From contig NC_069000.1 of NCBI RefSeq assembly GCF_001194135.2, positions 28,769,355 through 28,832,542 on the forward strand: 63,188 nt of DNA, given 5' to 3'. The first letter of the stretch is position 1. Each line of letters starts with the position of its first letter. The DNA is from Octopus bimaculoides (lineage: Eukaryota). The translations under genes and the position numbers were made by a program. Shown piece by piece: positions 12,634 to 26,139 of the stretch. The notes below the pieces were generated by a model that saw only the letters and a list, made by a program, of their open reading frames with translations, did no database searches and had not been told where the DNA came from.

Positions 12634-13804
12634 TGGTTAAATGTTTTAATATGTTGATATGATTAAATATTTTTTTGTAACGTTTATATCATTAAATACT
12701 TTACTGAAAAGTCATTAAGGCTGTTTTACTGAAATCTTGATTTCAAGAAATGTTTTACTGAAATATCAATATCCTTAAATGCTTCACTAAAATGTTGATA
12801 TAATTAAATACTCTAATTTTTTTGTTTTTTGTCTCAAAATTTTTTCAAAAGTGTTGACATCATGAAAACTTTCGACACATCTTTAAATGTTCTACAAAAA
12901 TATCTATCTCGTGTCTATAAATGTTTTATGAAAAATGACTATATCACTAAATATTTTATTGAAATATGTATATCAGTAAAATAATAAAATGCTGGATGCT
13001 TCACTGAAATGTTTCTACTAAATATTTCTTTCATATATTTGTTTGTATGACTTCAATGTTTATAGCAACATTTATACATTCAAATGCTTACTGCAATGCT
13101 TATCTCATTAAATGTATCACTGAAATGTTTACATAAATAAATGTTCCACAGAAATACCATATTTGATGGCACAAAAGATGCACCCCAATTTCAGTTGCAC
13201 AATATATCCAGGAAAAAAAAGTTTGGGTAATATTTGAAGCAACTTTGCATAGAGGACCTGGGGTAATTTTTGAGACTTAATATTTATTTCTTTTTATTGG
13301 CATGAAATCATTAAATAATTCATTGAAAAGAAATCTAAATAATTCTTTCCCCTGATGTGTCAACATCATGAGATACATATAACTGAAATGTTGACATCAT
13401 TATCTGTTTTATTGAAATGTCAGTATCATTAAATATTTAACTAAAAGGTCAATTTCATTAAATGTTTGACTGCGATATTCATATCACTGATATATTAATA
13501 TAATTAGATGCTTTCACTACAATGTTGTTATTATTAAATGTTCTATCGTTAAAAGAAAGCTCACCGCAATGTTTATCATTAAGTATTATTGCTGAAATAT
13601 CAATCCCATTAAATGTTTTATTGAAATGTCGTGATCAGAAAATGCCTGACTGAAATGTTTATGATAAATGGCTTACTACAATACCTACAATTTTACATAT
13701 CTTAAGAAAATAAATCAATAAAAGTCTATCAACACTTGCATTACTTAAATGTTTATTATCAAATGTTTCAATGAACTATTTATACCATTAAATATATCTC
13801 ACTG

Positions 13805-13840
<36 letters not shown>

Positions 13841-14830
13841 ATTAAATGTTTTAGTGAAATGTTTATAGCATTAAATGTTTCAGTGAAATGTTTACAGTAA
13901 AAATGCTCCTTGATAATGCAAATCAATAAACTGCTGATATCATTAAATGCTTTACTGAGATGTTTATATCATTAAATGCATTATTGAAATGATATTCTCA
14001 ATAAAATTTTACTGAAAAGTCTGTATTATTATTAAAAGTTTACTTTCAATAATATTGTTTGCTCTGTTAAATCTTCCATTGAAATGTTGATATTTTTATC
14101 AGCCTATCATCATTAGATATTACATGGAAAAAGAAATATCATTTTTTCCCCTGAAGTGTCAACATCATGAGATATATTTAACTGAAATGTTGATATTATA
14201 TGTGTTATTGAAATGTCTGTATCAGTAAATACTTAGCTAAAATGTCAATATCATTAAATGCTTGACTGCAATGTCAGTAGTGTTAAATATTTCTACTGTA
14301 ATGTCAATACCATTAAGTGATATATTAATATCATTAGTTAGATGTTAGCACTGCAATACTGATATCATTAAATGCTCTATTGCAAAAACAATATCAATAG
14401 AAATGTTCACTGAAATATTATCATTAAATTTTATTTCCAAAATACTGATATCATTAAATATTTCACTGAAATCAGCAAAAGTCTTACTGAACGAAGAAAA
14501 CTTTTTTTTAATATTTAAACAAAATGAAAAATAAAATACAGGTAAGAGGAAATATATATTGAGTACTTGAAAGTGAATACTCAATACATAGTAGTAAATT
14601 TTTGTTTGTGATATTCTCATTAAATACACCAATTGAATAAAAAGACATCACTATATATTTGTCACTGAGATGTTGAGACCATTAAATACATAATTGGAAT
14701 ACTGATATTTTAAAGGCACCATAGAACTGTCAATATCATTTTAAAAATTTGGAATCAAATGAAAATTTCATTTTTATAATGAAATATGAGCTGCCAATAG
14801 CATTAATACTTCATTGAAATTCTAGTTTCA
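12634..14830. repeat. Degenerate 29-bp AT-rich minisatellite with higher-order duplication
   Basis: Adjacent units ATTAAATGTTTTAGTGAAATGTTTATAGC / ATTAAATGTTTCAGTGAAATGTTTACAGT (about 13841-13898). Block 13345-13520 recurs at about 14145-14345. Confidence 0.8.
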
Positions 14831-14879
14831 TTATATTACAAATTTTGCTTGAAAAGTTAAGTATCAAAAATAATTTTTA

Positions 14880-15190
14880 ACATTACCGCCTGACTGGCTC
14901 CTGTAGGATTTTCGAGCAAGATCGTTGCCAGTGCCCCTGGACTGGCTTGTGCGGGTGGCACATAAAAGACACCATTTCGAGCGTGGCCGTTTTCGTGCGG
15001 GTGACACGTAAAAGCACCCACTACACTCTCTGAGTGGTTGGCGTTAGGAAGGGCATCCAGCTGTAGAAACTCTGCCAAATCAGACTGGAGCCTGGTGTTG
15101 CCATCCGGTTTCACCAGTCCTCAGTCAAATCGTCCAACCCATGCTAGCATGGAAAGCGGACGTTAAACGATGATGATGATGATGATGATT
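14880..15190 (+). mobile_element. RTE-tail short element (SINE or 5'-truncated LINE) ending in (GAT)n, young-looking copy
   Basis: GGCGTTAGGAAGGGCATCCAGCTGTAGAAAC...CATGCTAGCATGGAAAGCGGACGTTAAACGATGATGAT. CpGs are retained. Relatives lie at 36360-36560, 55890-56300 and 62150-62615. Confidence 0.8.
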
Positions 15191-15464
15191 GGAAGCCAAA
15201 CTATATGCTATATCCAGATTACAGAGAGCAAACAGATATGACAACAAAATAAACAGAATATATATCTATAAAATTATGAAAATCCAGTATTATAGAGGTT
15301 CAGTCTATTCAGTTAGTGATGATAAAATGAAAGAACTAGCTCTTCCTCTGAACTCATTTATAAACGATTCACTGCAGAGTAAATAAGATATATTCAGTTA
15401 TTTATCCTCAAAATTAAATATAAAATAAGTTATGCAGAGCTACTGGTTCAACATTAGCCTTAGA

Positions 15465-15690
15465 CCAATGCTTCTCAACCATTTTTTTTACTTATGGATC
15501 CCTTTGATCCCTATTTTATTCAAGTGGACCCTCATAGTTATTTGATGTTGAAAAAATCCTATTATATTTTTATAATTAAAATATCATCAGGAATTGTATT
15601 AAGATATTGTTAAAATATTTTGTGTATTGTAGAAGTATAACCAATTTATTGCACACAAATTTTAGCAAAATTTTATATAGACTCCTGCCT
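15465..15690 (+). mobile_element. Possible hAT-type MITE fragment
   Basis: Begins CAATGCTTCTCAACC, similar to the CAGTG(G/C)TTCTCAA termini of Charlie-type hAT elements; no matching right end found. Confidence 0.35.
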
Positions 15691-16375
15691 TAGAGTAAAT
15701 GATCAATCACATGGTGTCAATGAGCAACATAAGTAAGATTTTGTGACTAAGTGTTCAAGGAAAATGGACTGCAAGTATTTTTACTCATAGGGTATTTAAA
15801 GAAAATAAAATAAGATTTTGGTGCACACTACATATATAGAAAAAAAGAACGTATCAATATTTTAGCCTATAAAAATATAAATAATAATTTAAACTACAGA
15901 AAAGTCCTTACTAATTCATTCAATAAATAAAGTATAATGATGAAGACATACAATTTTAAAATATAATTCTATAATGTAATTTTATAATATAAAATATATC
16001 ATGAAATATAATTCTATTATTTCTCAGGGACACCTACATACAAAAGATGCAAGGATAAATAATAACCAAACTTTATAATTAACATTGATTATACATGAAG
16101 AGTAGGGGGATGGATCTTTAACAGTATGGCAAAACAGTATAGCTATTAATAAACATGTCAAGTTTGAACTTAATCCATCATATGGTGATTCAATATGTGG
16201 TGTGATATCACTGATCCAACTAATACATACAGTCTAGGATTTCTGTCAAAAGTACAGGGAATGAGGAGTATTTGAGGAAAGTTATTCATCAGTATATTAC
16301 ACTCTTCAAACCAATTAAAAGTCTTTTATTTCTTTTGCATCCTCCACAGTAAATAAAATGCTAACAGAAAAAATA

Positions 16376-16917
16376 TGCTGAGAATAGACTTTAAATCATC
16401 AATAACAACATATAATTCATCACTATAAGCACGTGTCTTGAAGCAAGCTGACAGAAATTTCTAAAAAATTCCGTTATTACAGAATTGGTCCGATTTCTGA
16501 GTTGATTTATAAAGAATTTTCTCGTCATCAGCGGTAAATACATTAAGAAATAAATGAAATATTTACTTGCAACCATGGAACAAGCAGACGCAAAGTCATG
16601 AGTACATTTAAGTACCCCAAATATACCCAAATAGAAATTTTACAATACACCTCAAGACACGTGGGATCAGACTGAAAATTCTCATAGATTAGGAGAGTGT
16701 CTCGAACTAAAAGGTAATAAATTTACATCTAATATAGGATGAAACTTTCGAAAAATTACGGCTGATAATGAGAAAAATTTTTATGAAGTAATTCAGCAAT
16801 CGGACCGATTCGAAAGTAACAGAGTTTTTTAGAAATTTCTGTCAGATTGTTTCAAGATGTGTATTAATAGTCATGAATTACATGTGATTATTGATCATTT
16901 AAAGTCTATTCTCGGCA
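16376..16917. mobile_element. MITE with about 140-bp terminal inverted repeats, TA-flanked
   Basis: TA|TGCTGAGAATAGACTTTAAAT...ATTTAAAGTCTATTCTCGGCA|TA; arms about 16376-16510 and 16785-16917 are roughly 80% complementary. Confidence 0.8.
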
Positions 16918-17332
16918 TATTTCACATAACAATTTTTTCTTTTGCCCTTATTTGAGTTGTTTATAATTTTCACATTAAAAGGTATTGTTTAATATGCTGG
17001 CTACTGATGAAATATTTTCAAACTTTTATCCTATATTACATATATAAATACATATACATATCTACACACACACACAGATATATANNNNNNNNNNNNNNNN
17101 NNNNNNNNNNNNNNNNNNNNNNNNNNNNNNNNNNNNNNNNNNNNNNNNNNNNNNNNNNNNNNNNNNNNNNNNNNNNNNNNNNNNAGGAAGAGGAAAATGG
17201 CACCGATGCCCACGAGGTTACATTATATATATATTGATATATGTATATAGATGTATATGTATATATATATATATTAATAGATATATATAAACACACACAT
17301 CGGCATATAGACATATACGTACACACTCACAC

Positions 17333-17365
<33 letters not shown>

Positions 17366-17439
17366 TATATATATATATATATATATACATATATTCATAC
17401 ATGCATTCTATATATATACACACACATATACGAACTGAC

Positions 17440-18450
17440 TGAAACGTAGCGCACAAAAGTTTACTTAAACTTCGACTAGAAATGAAAAGCAAAATCAACC
17501 TCTCCCATATCTGCATTCAGAATATATTGAAATGATCCTAAGACTGCAGAATCACGAATGGAAACATTAGAAAACTGTAAATTCGTAAAGTGGGCTGTTA
17601 GAGTTAACTTTATCACTCACATCTTTCACCTCATTCTGTTATTTTATTGTCACGGGTGGGGGTGCAATTACAGACATAGCAATCAAACTAGATGCTGTTG
17701 TCGTAGCTAAAAACCCTGTTGAACTCTAAATCGATCTGGCAATTCACCCGTGACATATCGTTTTTCCCCGCCGATAAAGTGTAACCTGGACTATTTTATC
17801 CACTGTGAGATTTTTTTTTTTTGTCCTTTTCAAAAACGTAGGGTGCCAATTGAGAATGTTTAAGCTGCACTTTCTGTAGTCCAACATTGAAAAAAAAAAA
17901 AAGGATATATCTAAAAACCGTAAGGCACATTTTGTCCAGTATTCAATTGACAGATTTTGCCATCACCGCGTCAAATAGGCTTGCTTGTCGATATGAACAC
18001 GTTGCATTTACTCTACAATGTTGACAGTTCATACGTATGCAACCCGTTGATAAAAGTACTGTCGACGACAGAAGGACCGAAAATAACACGAGGGTGCAGC
18101 AAGTTACGCAAATGTTTCTGATTTCTTGAAAGTTAAACCCAAGACCAACTCATGTACAAGGTGTTCTGAGGTAATGTTTTTGCAGTGAGCGATTTGAATT
18201 TATAGCCTTCCAAGAAATATCCCAGCTTACCAAGAAAAGCTGACAAGGAGTCAAAAGAAATTTTAATATAACATAAATAAAAGACAGTATAACAGCAGAT
18301 ACGACAGAGAGTCAGGCAGTTTTTTTTATAATTTTCTTGTAAAGTTTTGAGTTTTCATCGAACAAGTTTCAGGTAGATCATACAGGTCGATACAACAGTC
18401 AATATAAAAATCTTCACCCGTGAACAAAAAAAAAAATAATAAACCAGCCT
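17440..18450. promoter_or_regulatory. CpG-rich non-repetitive segment, candidate promoter or 5' exon region
   Basis: CG dinucleotides are visibly frequent versus the depleted 1-17 kb flank; candidate plus-strand donor GAG|GTAATG at 18170/18171. Confidence 0.35.
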
Positions 18451-21400
18451 ACTGGGTGTTAACGAGATCTTTATATTGACCGATACAACATTAAATATGC
18501 TCGAATATTTTTACTGTTTAATTCCGAGTCGGCTTGACTGAGCAGACTCAAGATCAAAAGTTTTTAAAGACCATTTTTGTCTTTTCAAATTATCAAGTAA
18601 TAAATTGTCCAAATTGTGTCCTTTCCCTTTCAAGAGAGTAATGTAAATGGCCCTTAGTCTTTCCTCTTAGACACCGACTGAATACTTTTGTTCCATTTAA
18701 TCTAGCGATTTCATACAAAAATAAATGAATGAATAAGTAAATATAACTACAAGTAAATCAAATATAAAGTTTTAAGAAAGATAACTAATGACACCGACGA
18801 CACAGGAACTCAAAATGTAGAGAAGTAAATGCTGTGGGTTAATAAACCAATATTTGATCCAGTATTTATTTTCGTCCTTTCTACGTTATGAATTCAAATT
18901 ATTCTTTTCCTTTTAAAATGTTCAGATAAGAAAGTTATTTTCTTTTTTCCTAACTTTTCGTTCACAACCTGATTTCAACCGACCCTTTTAGAAATGATTT
19001 TTCTTTTCCACTCATTTTACTTTTGCCCCATGAAAAGACTTCAACTCTTTCTAATCACCAAGTAAAATGAAATACTGAGTCCCATGTTATGGAATCTGAG
19101 TAAGCTTCAGACGTGACCATTGTCAAATTAAATATATTTTGTGGATATTTTTTCCTTTTTCCTCTCATCATTATTTTTACATAAGCAATAACTACTTGTA
19201 ATGAAGACGAAGGGAGAAGTTGTGATACTCGTGTTTCTCTCAAGAGGAAAAATGAAGACCAATGATTGAATACTAGAATATCTAAGAATTTGATTTAAAC
19301 TTGTAAATAAATTAGCTAAATGAGTATAGCATAAACAAGTTTTCTCTTTCACTTTTGTTACTTGGATTTTTCAGACTATAAAAGAAATTATAAAGAAATT
19401 ATTAAGTAGGCATGTATGAATATGTCATAATTTATGTAAGAATTAGTTTTGTATTGAGAATGTATGAATGAACTTTATTTGATCCTAATATCTTACAGGT
19501 ATTTAGTTTGTTGACACTAAGAGGTAAATATGACGGATGACAGATTGGGAGATCGATCGGTTGATCAATAAAGACATCACTTTATTTTGATAAGAAATCA
19601 ATAGACTGATAAGAAAATAGATAAGAGAGGGACAAAATAACTGTTTTCAGTACGATAGATATAAAAAGAGACGAACTAGGTTTTGTAGAGTGACGTCTAG
19701 ATAGTGATATCCTCCAGTGGTGGAAGAGATTAAATAAAATAAACCTTGAAAATGTCATTTCTGATTAAATTTGTTTCTTTTCGAGATGTTAGCTTTCAAT
19801 ACGAAAGAGGGAAAGCATGTTGCTTTATATATATTTACAGTTTGAACAAAAGATTTTGTGAAAATTTCAGTTCGAAGAAGTTTTTTGGAGGCTATTTTAT
19901 AAATAACTAAAAACTATAAAGAAAACATTAGTTCAACTATTCACTTATTTACTATTGTTATTATTTCATGTCGATAGTGGGGTCCCAGTTCCTCTTTTGG
20001 AGAAAAAAATTAGGGCAGGTCAGCACCACTATACTTTTGGTTGCTTACAAAGGAAATGGTTTGGGAGAATTAAGAAAATCTTGCATCGATTCTTATTTGG
20101 CAGTTAAGTTAACATTTGCAATTTACTTAGTTTGAGATAATTAACATGATAACTTTTCAAGATTTAATAGAAGCCAGTAAAGAGAAAGAAAGATACTAGA
20201 TTATATACTTTAAGGCAAAACAAATAGGATGAAAACAGCATTTTCTCTATGCTGTGATAATAGTATATTTTGGATATATACAAGAATATGTATAAGTATT
20301 TGAAAAATGTTTGCTTCATGTTAAGAATCAAAGAAAAAAAAAAGAGTAGTTCATATAATTATAAGGGTTTGTCATAAGAAGTTACCTACTTCCCATTTCC
20401 CGAGCATCGTCCCCACATTTAAAAGACTACTATTACTACTAGCACCAATGTAATTTCTATTGGAGAATAATTATTTACACCAAACTGAAGAAATCTTGTT
20501 GAATGTTTCCCAAGCATGACAACACATTCCTTGGTTTAATAATAAATCAACAAAGAACTTTTTTAGAACTTTCAATGAACATTCATATCATAACACACAC
20601 ATCCACATACATACATGTACGCGTACGTGCGCTTCTAGAGACCTTCAGTTATGTTATGCCGGGTGTCTAATTAGGGGCATCAACCCTTTATTTTAGGGAC
20701 TGTGACCCAATTGAGATATGTTAAAAAGTGAAATAAGGTGACCGGACCGGCGGGACCAAATGTTTACAATCACTCCACTCTAGTTTCTCGCTACACGTGA
20801 TAATACTTGGCAAAGGAAAGGGATTTTTTTAAGATGTGATGCCAAACTATGAAGACCTAGTAGAGGACTAACTGATAATAGATCGATCGCTCGTTCATGC
20901 AAACATATATATATATAACTAAAATACAGAACATTTAGCAATAACAAAACTGATCCATTACCATCTATATATATAAAAAGCGGGTAGCATATGTACACAT
21001 ACATATATACATTTACATACATGCAATAACAATTAGTTAAAAGAACGGATTAATATAACAAAATTTTACTTACCATGCTTTGTTAATGTATGTCCATTAA
21101 GTGTTTATGTAGAAATCCCATGAATATATTGAAATGAGAAAGTATGATAAGGCATAGTTGTTTTTGTTTATAGTTTCGTTTTTATTGTTTTTTTTTCAAC
21201 GATTTGATGAATGATTTAAGTGTGTGTTTGTGGTTATATTTGTATGTACATTCAGGCAGCTTCTCTGACTGTTGTACAATTTGTATTAACAAATAGAAAT
21301 TGTTTGAAAGTTGTATATTGTTAACGCATGGCGCTTTGGCTTCTTTATAAATATTGTCGATTCCTTTCGGATCATTGTCAAAAGCCCCAAACTTCCTACC

Positions 21401-21959
21401 AAATATCTAAAGTGTATATAGATATATAGACATATATAATATATATTAGTGTATGGAATTGAGGAGTGTGACTACTGGATGGAAAACAGGCAACGTTCAA
21501 ACAACTTTATACCGAAGTGGAAATAGAAGAAAATCTTAAGAGGTAGGTATTGAATTCTGTATATGTGAGTGGGTGCGTGTGTTTGTAAAGAATTGAAAAG
21601 CAAGAGAAGAAAGTCTGAGAGCAAGCTGAAAAATATTAAAGGTTGAATTTCAAAAATGAAAAAAATATTCGCACTTGTTACACGTGTTTTGCTTTGTATT
21701 TTCTTTCTTCTCTCCTGTTGTTTTCCTTCTTTTTTTTTTTTAATCTTCCTCCAAAATATCAGCATGGAAATGATGGTAGTAATAACAATATTAAATATGA
21801 TGATGATAACAATAACACACTTGTAGCAACAGTAAGTGGTAAGGGTGCCTGATTGAGATAGGCAAGAAGAAATGAAGTAAGTTCAATAGTTAGGAGAGGC
21901 TTCGTAAAAAGGTAATAAGAACTAAGTGAAAGGGTAAAAAGTAAAGCGAAAAGAAAGGC

Positions 21960-23050
21960 AAAGAAAACTTCAGCTCAAACTCGGAGGAATACATGAGGGA
22001 GATGTGAGAGGAAAAAAAACAGCAGCAGCAGTAAACAGCAACAGTAACAACAACAATGTAACAGCTATAACAAGAACAGCAAGTAGAAGCAACGGTAACA
22101 ACAACCCCAAGAACTTTGGCTTTCTCGCCTTCTTTCTGACAACTTTTACTCCTCCGTCTTTCTTCGTCACATCTCTGCCTCCTCCGCCCTTTATATATGT
22201 AAGTAAATAAGTGAGGTGCTGCTAGTTAGCTGGGGGGAGGGCAGTACTGCTAGCTTCTTACCCTCAAGGCATCGCACCTTCCTCTCTCACTACGATGCTA
22301 TTACTACGTCTCCCACCCGTACCCTTCTCTTCTTTACCTCACCCTACCATCGCCCACACTGTTTCTCACTGTCTACTTTTTCCTTTTCTTTCACCCTCTC
22401 ATACGCTCTTTAACTCCCTCCTATTTTTTTTATTTAACTTTGTTCCCTTTCCTTCAGCTTCTCCTTGTTTCTCGTTCTTTCTACTCTATTTTCTTACACC
22501 CTTGCACTTTCTTTCTGTCTTCCTAAACTTCTCATCTAAGTTTCTCAATTTTCACATACTTTTTTCTCAACCTCTCTCTCTCTTTTTCTTTTCCATATTC
22601 CTTCTATCTTTCTTTCATTTGTTCTCTTAGCATTCTCGCTCTCTCTTACATTTTCCCTTTTTCTTCCATATAACTTTCTTCATCTTAATATCCCCATCGT
22701 CCTTTCTTTATGATTCCTTTTCTCCCCCTCTCTTCCTCTTTATCATTCATTCTCTTTTCCCTCACTTTTTTCCTTCTCTTCTACTTCCCCACTTCTCTTC
22801 TGTCAGGAAAACAGCAGTTCAGTATCAGGTATCATACTCCTGGATTTTTTCTCTCCCTTGTCAAAATAAAAATACCTCACTGATACCCTGGCGTGAGATA
22901 GAATGAGGAGGGAGGGGCCGACCCCGGGCCGAGAGGCGAGGAAGACAGCCAGCCAGTCCGGCAGACAGACAGACTGACGCGCAGACAAACAGGGAGAAAA
23001 CTAATAGAGAGGAAAGGGGGAGCGAGAGGAAGGAAGTCAAGAAATTTACA
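21960..23050. promoter_or_regulatory. Promoter/5'UTR-like region (CAA/CAG repeats, CT tract, GC-rich patch 22890-22985)
   Basis: Consensus-like donors on both strands: plus TAT|GTAAGT (22198/22199) and minus AGG|GTAAGA (22262/22261). No ATG-initiated ORF. Confidence 0.4.
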
Positions 23051-24084
23051 AATAAGACTCAAATAAAGCGAAAACAAGAAATCAGATGAAATATAAGGAG
23101 AGGATGGGATTAGAAATTATTAAAAACAAAACAAAATATATAAAACAACAAAAATAACCCCCGAAAATTATGGAAGAAAATAAGAAAGAGAAATGAAGGA
23201 ATTTTCAAAAGGAAAGTAAAAAATTAAGAAATATATACATATATATAACTGATAGTTTTTTGTGATTATTATAGTGAGAGAGAGAGAGAAAGAAAGCAAG
23301 TGAATTAGTGCGTGAGTGAATGAATGTAAATGATATATATGTGCCTGTATGTGTGCGTGTGGAGAGAGAGGGAGGCTTAATCATTAAAAGGAAAAAATAA
23401 AGAGTGAGATAGAGAAAGAGTAAGAAGAAAAGGGGAAGTAAAAATTGATAAGTTTGGTTGGTCGTAGTTTTAGGTTTTCCCAGCCTGTCTCTGACAGATT
23501 CACTACTACGAGAAAGAGGTTAGGGGTGCTGACAATAATTTAAATAAAAGAAAGCAAAAAGGGACAGCAAAATCGGGAAGGAGCAGAGAGAAGAGAAGAT
23601 TTGAAGTTGAATCCCAAGAAAAAGACTTTCTTAGAATCCAAGAAAGAGAGTAGAATAAGAAAGTGAGATGCCACTTTCTCTGTTTTCTGTAAGAACTTTA
23701 GTCGAACCATTTTATTGTTATGAAAGATGAAACACCTTGGAAATCCCAAATCCGTGAAGGCAGAAACCCAAATCCTTGTTTCACTCTCAACCCTGCCTTC
23801 TATTTTCGTTCATAAATCTATCAAACAGTAAGAAAAAAAAAAGATCTGAAAGGGAGAGCGAGGAGGTGAGGTAAGAAGAAAAAGAACGCAAAGCAACAAT
23901 TGTTAGAAAGCAAAGAAAACTGTTTGAGAATATCAGAGAAAATGTTTATCATATTCATATCAAACTGAAAATCCAACTACACACACTTTCATTCATATTT
24001 GTACATGTAAATAAGTAAAAAAAAAAAAAATGAAGAATCTGGTGTAATAATATTTAATACAGTTCTATATTTAAGAGATGAGGA

Positions 24085-24314
24085 ATTATTTACATTATTT
24101 ACATTTGACGAGTTCGATTCACGGCAGCGACCTGATTAATAATAGTAATAATAATAATATGATAATAATGGTAACATCGTTAGGAATGAGAACCCAGGTT
24201 CGAAATTTCCCCAAGACACCTGACGAAGGCTGGAGGGTATATCAGCCGAAACGTTGTGTTAACAACAAACAAGATGAGGACAAATATCCGTCAAATGTAA
24301 ATAATGTAAATAAT
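24085..24314 (+). mobile_element. Short element with hammerhead-ribozyme-like core and 26-bp inverted ends (Penelope-like-element-related)
   Basis: CTGACGA (24220-24226), stem GGCTG/CAGCC, GAAAC (24248-24252). 24085-24110 is the exact reverse complement of 24289-24314. Confidence 0.6.
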
Positions 24315-24498
24315 GTAAATAATATTTAAATATAACATTCATTCCTGGAATCCCTATCAGTTATCATTCCAAGCCTTGAGTTAATATAATAAATATGTCA
24401 ATAATATTAGTTTCCAATTTTGGAACAAGGCCAGCAATTTGTGGGGAGGGGTAAATTGATTACATCAACTCCAGTACTCAACTGGTATTTATTTTATC

Positions 24499-24790
24499 TG
24501 TGGTGTATGCGTGCGAGTAGAAGTAATCGGCTTCCCTCGGATTCCTTCTTTTGCACGAGTCTGTCCTGCGGTATCTGATCCTCGCGGCTGGCTCGACCCG
24601 AAGAACACTAGAAATAGCAGCTGCTTCTCCCAACACCCATACGATCGCTTGGCATGTCCTCTCCTCACAACAACCCCGTTCGAAAAAGGCACGAAATCCC
24701 AATCGAGGCTCCCTCGGCCCTTCTTCCTCTTCCGGTCAGCTTGCCGTTCCGGTCAGTGGTCAGCTCCCCAGTTGCTGACGTCATACCACA
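24499..24790 (-). repeat. 3' LTR
   Basis: Direct repeat of 26674-26965; by manual alignment 19 substitutions in 292 bp and no indels. Preceded on the sense strand by a weak purine tract (AAGATCAGGGTGGCG). Confidence 0.93.
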
Positions 24791-24849
24791 CGCCACCCTG
24801 ATCTTAAAGATCACGTCCGCCCCTACTCCACTTCGAAGTCCGCCATCCA

Positions 24850-25920
24850 ACCGGGCGGGCGCCTTACGCGTCGAGATCTTCCAGGTGCCTCGCTTCCCTC
24901 TCCATGCTCTTCATCCGACGAAGTGGCTATCCTGCGCAGGTCCAGCACGTGACGCGGCATTCCATCCACGGATACATTGACCGCCGTTCCCCTGCCCCNN
25001 NNNNNNNNTGCGGCACAGATTCTTCCGCTTGTCCGGATCGGGGAGACATGTTATACCAGAAAACCGCTTCCAGGGGCGAAATGTGCCCCCTTTCAGCCAT
25101 GGCCTTGATTGTCTGATGGTGCCTCTCAACGATTCCGTTGCTGCTCGGCCTATACGCCGCTCTGAACAATCGTTGCACCTTCCACTGGTCAAGCATCTCC
25201 CCCAACGCTTCTGAACAAAATGCCACCCCGTTGTCCATTAGCAGTTCTTCCACGGGACCCCTCTCCAAGAATATCCCGTTCAAAATCCGGGCGATCTCAT
25301 CAGCAATGCCTGTCCTCAACTCCCTCCAAATGGCCAGCCAGCCTGGCCTGCAGTCAACCATGGTGAGATACATTCCCTGACGGTAGTGCGTCACATCCAC
25401 AGCTAGTCTCCTCCAATTGCGCTCTACTGAGAGGTTCCCTTACTCATGCCCACCCAGGGCGGGATCAATGGACTGGCATCTGTCACAGTTCCCGACCACT
25501 TTCTTGACGTTTCTCCTAGTGACGTCAGCATCAATCATCTTTGCTAGATACAGGGTCCTATCCACCCTCAAGTGGTGCATAGCATGCAGCTTCTTCAGTT
25601 TGGAGTCACCCAGCCGACACGCTGCCACTATCCCTTTCCTTGCTTCCCCCAGTTCCTCCAACCACGCCCTTTTCATCCTGGTGAGTGCGTCCGCCCTGTT
25701 TCTCTCCGAAGGCACGAAAACCACGTTCAGCTTCAGTCCAAACTCGGCGATCAGCTCTCCTAGAACTCCTAGGCGGCGTTTCACCAACATCTCCGCAGCA
25801 CCTTTCGTCTGGACTCTCTTCTCGCTGGTGATCACTGTTCCTACCCAGCCGACCACGGTGGCCGAATCCATCTGGATCTTGATCGAGCGCAGTCCCCATC
25901 TCAGGGCCAAGTTCACCCCT
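24850..25920 (-). pseudogene. pol: Integrase plus distal RNase H of the LTR element, with stops and a 10-N gap
   Basis: HHCC zinc finger (HAMHH...CDRC), D-D-E core (VDVTH, MDNG, IVERH), C-terminal VSVDGMPRHVLDLR; premature TAG at 25923-25925 and TAA at 25440-25442. Confidence 0.88.
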
Positions 25921-25922
25921 TT

Positions 25923-26138
25923 CTACACCGCATCTAGTTCGGCGACATTGATGTGGTTGAAGTCATCCGCTTTCCGTAGCCAGGCCACATCCTCCACCTC
26001 AGCACCTTCAATCTCCAACACAACCCCTATCGCTATACTGCTAGCATCACACCAAACCGTCCCGCATTCCGTCTTGGGTACATACCAGTTTCCCCTAACT
26101 GGGTCTTCCGCTCTCGTCTTCTCTAGGATTTCCTGCAT
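25923..26138 (-). pseudogene. pol: RNase H N-terminal part of the LTR element
   Basis: WCDASSIAIGVVL...HINVAELDAV and downstream QMDS supply the D-E-D catalytic residues. Confidence 0.85.
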
Positions 26139-26139
26139 C

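Noticed and set aside
21970-22170. Minus-strand ORF resembling a type II membrane protein (basic tail plus poly-Leu)
   Set aside because: It starts at GTG with no in-frame ATG, and the hydrophobic stretch is the antisense of CAA/CAG repeats.
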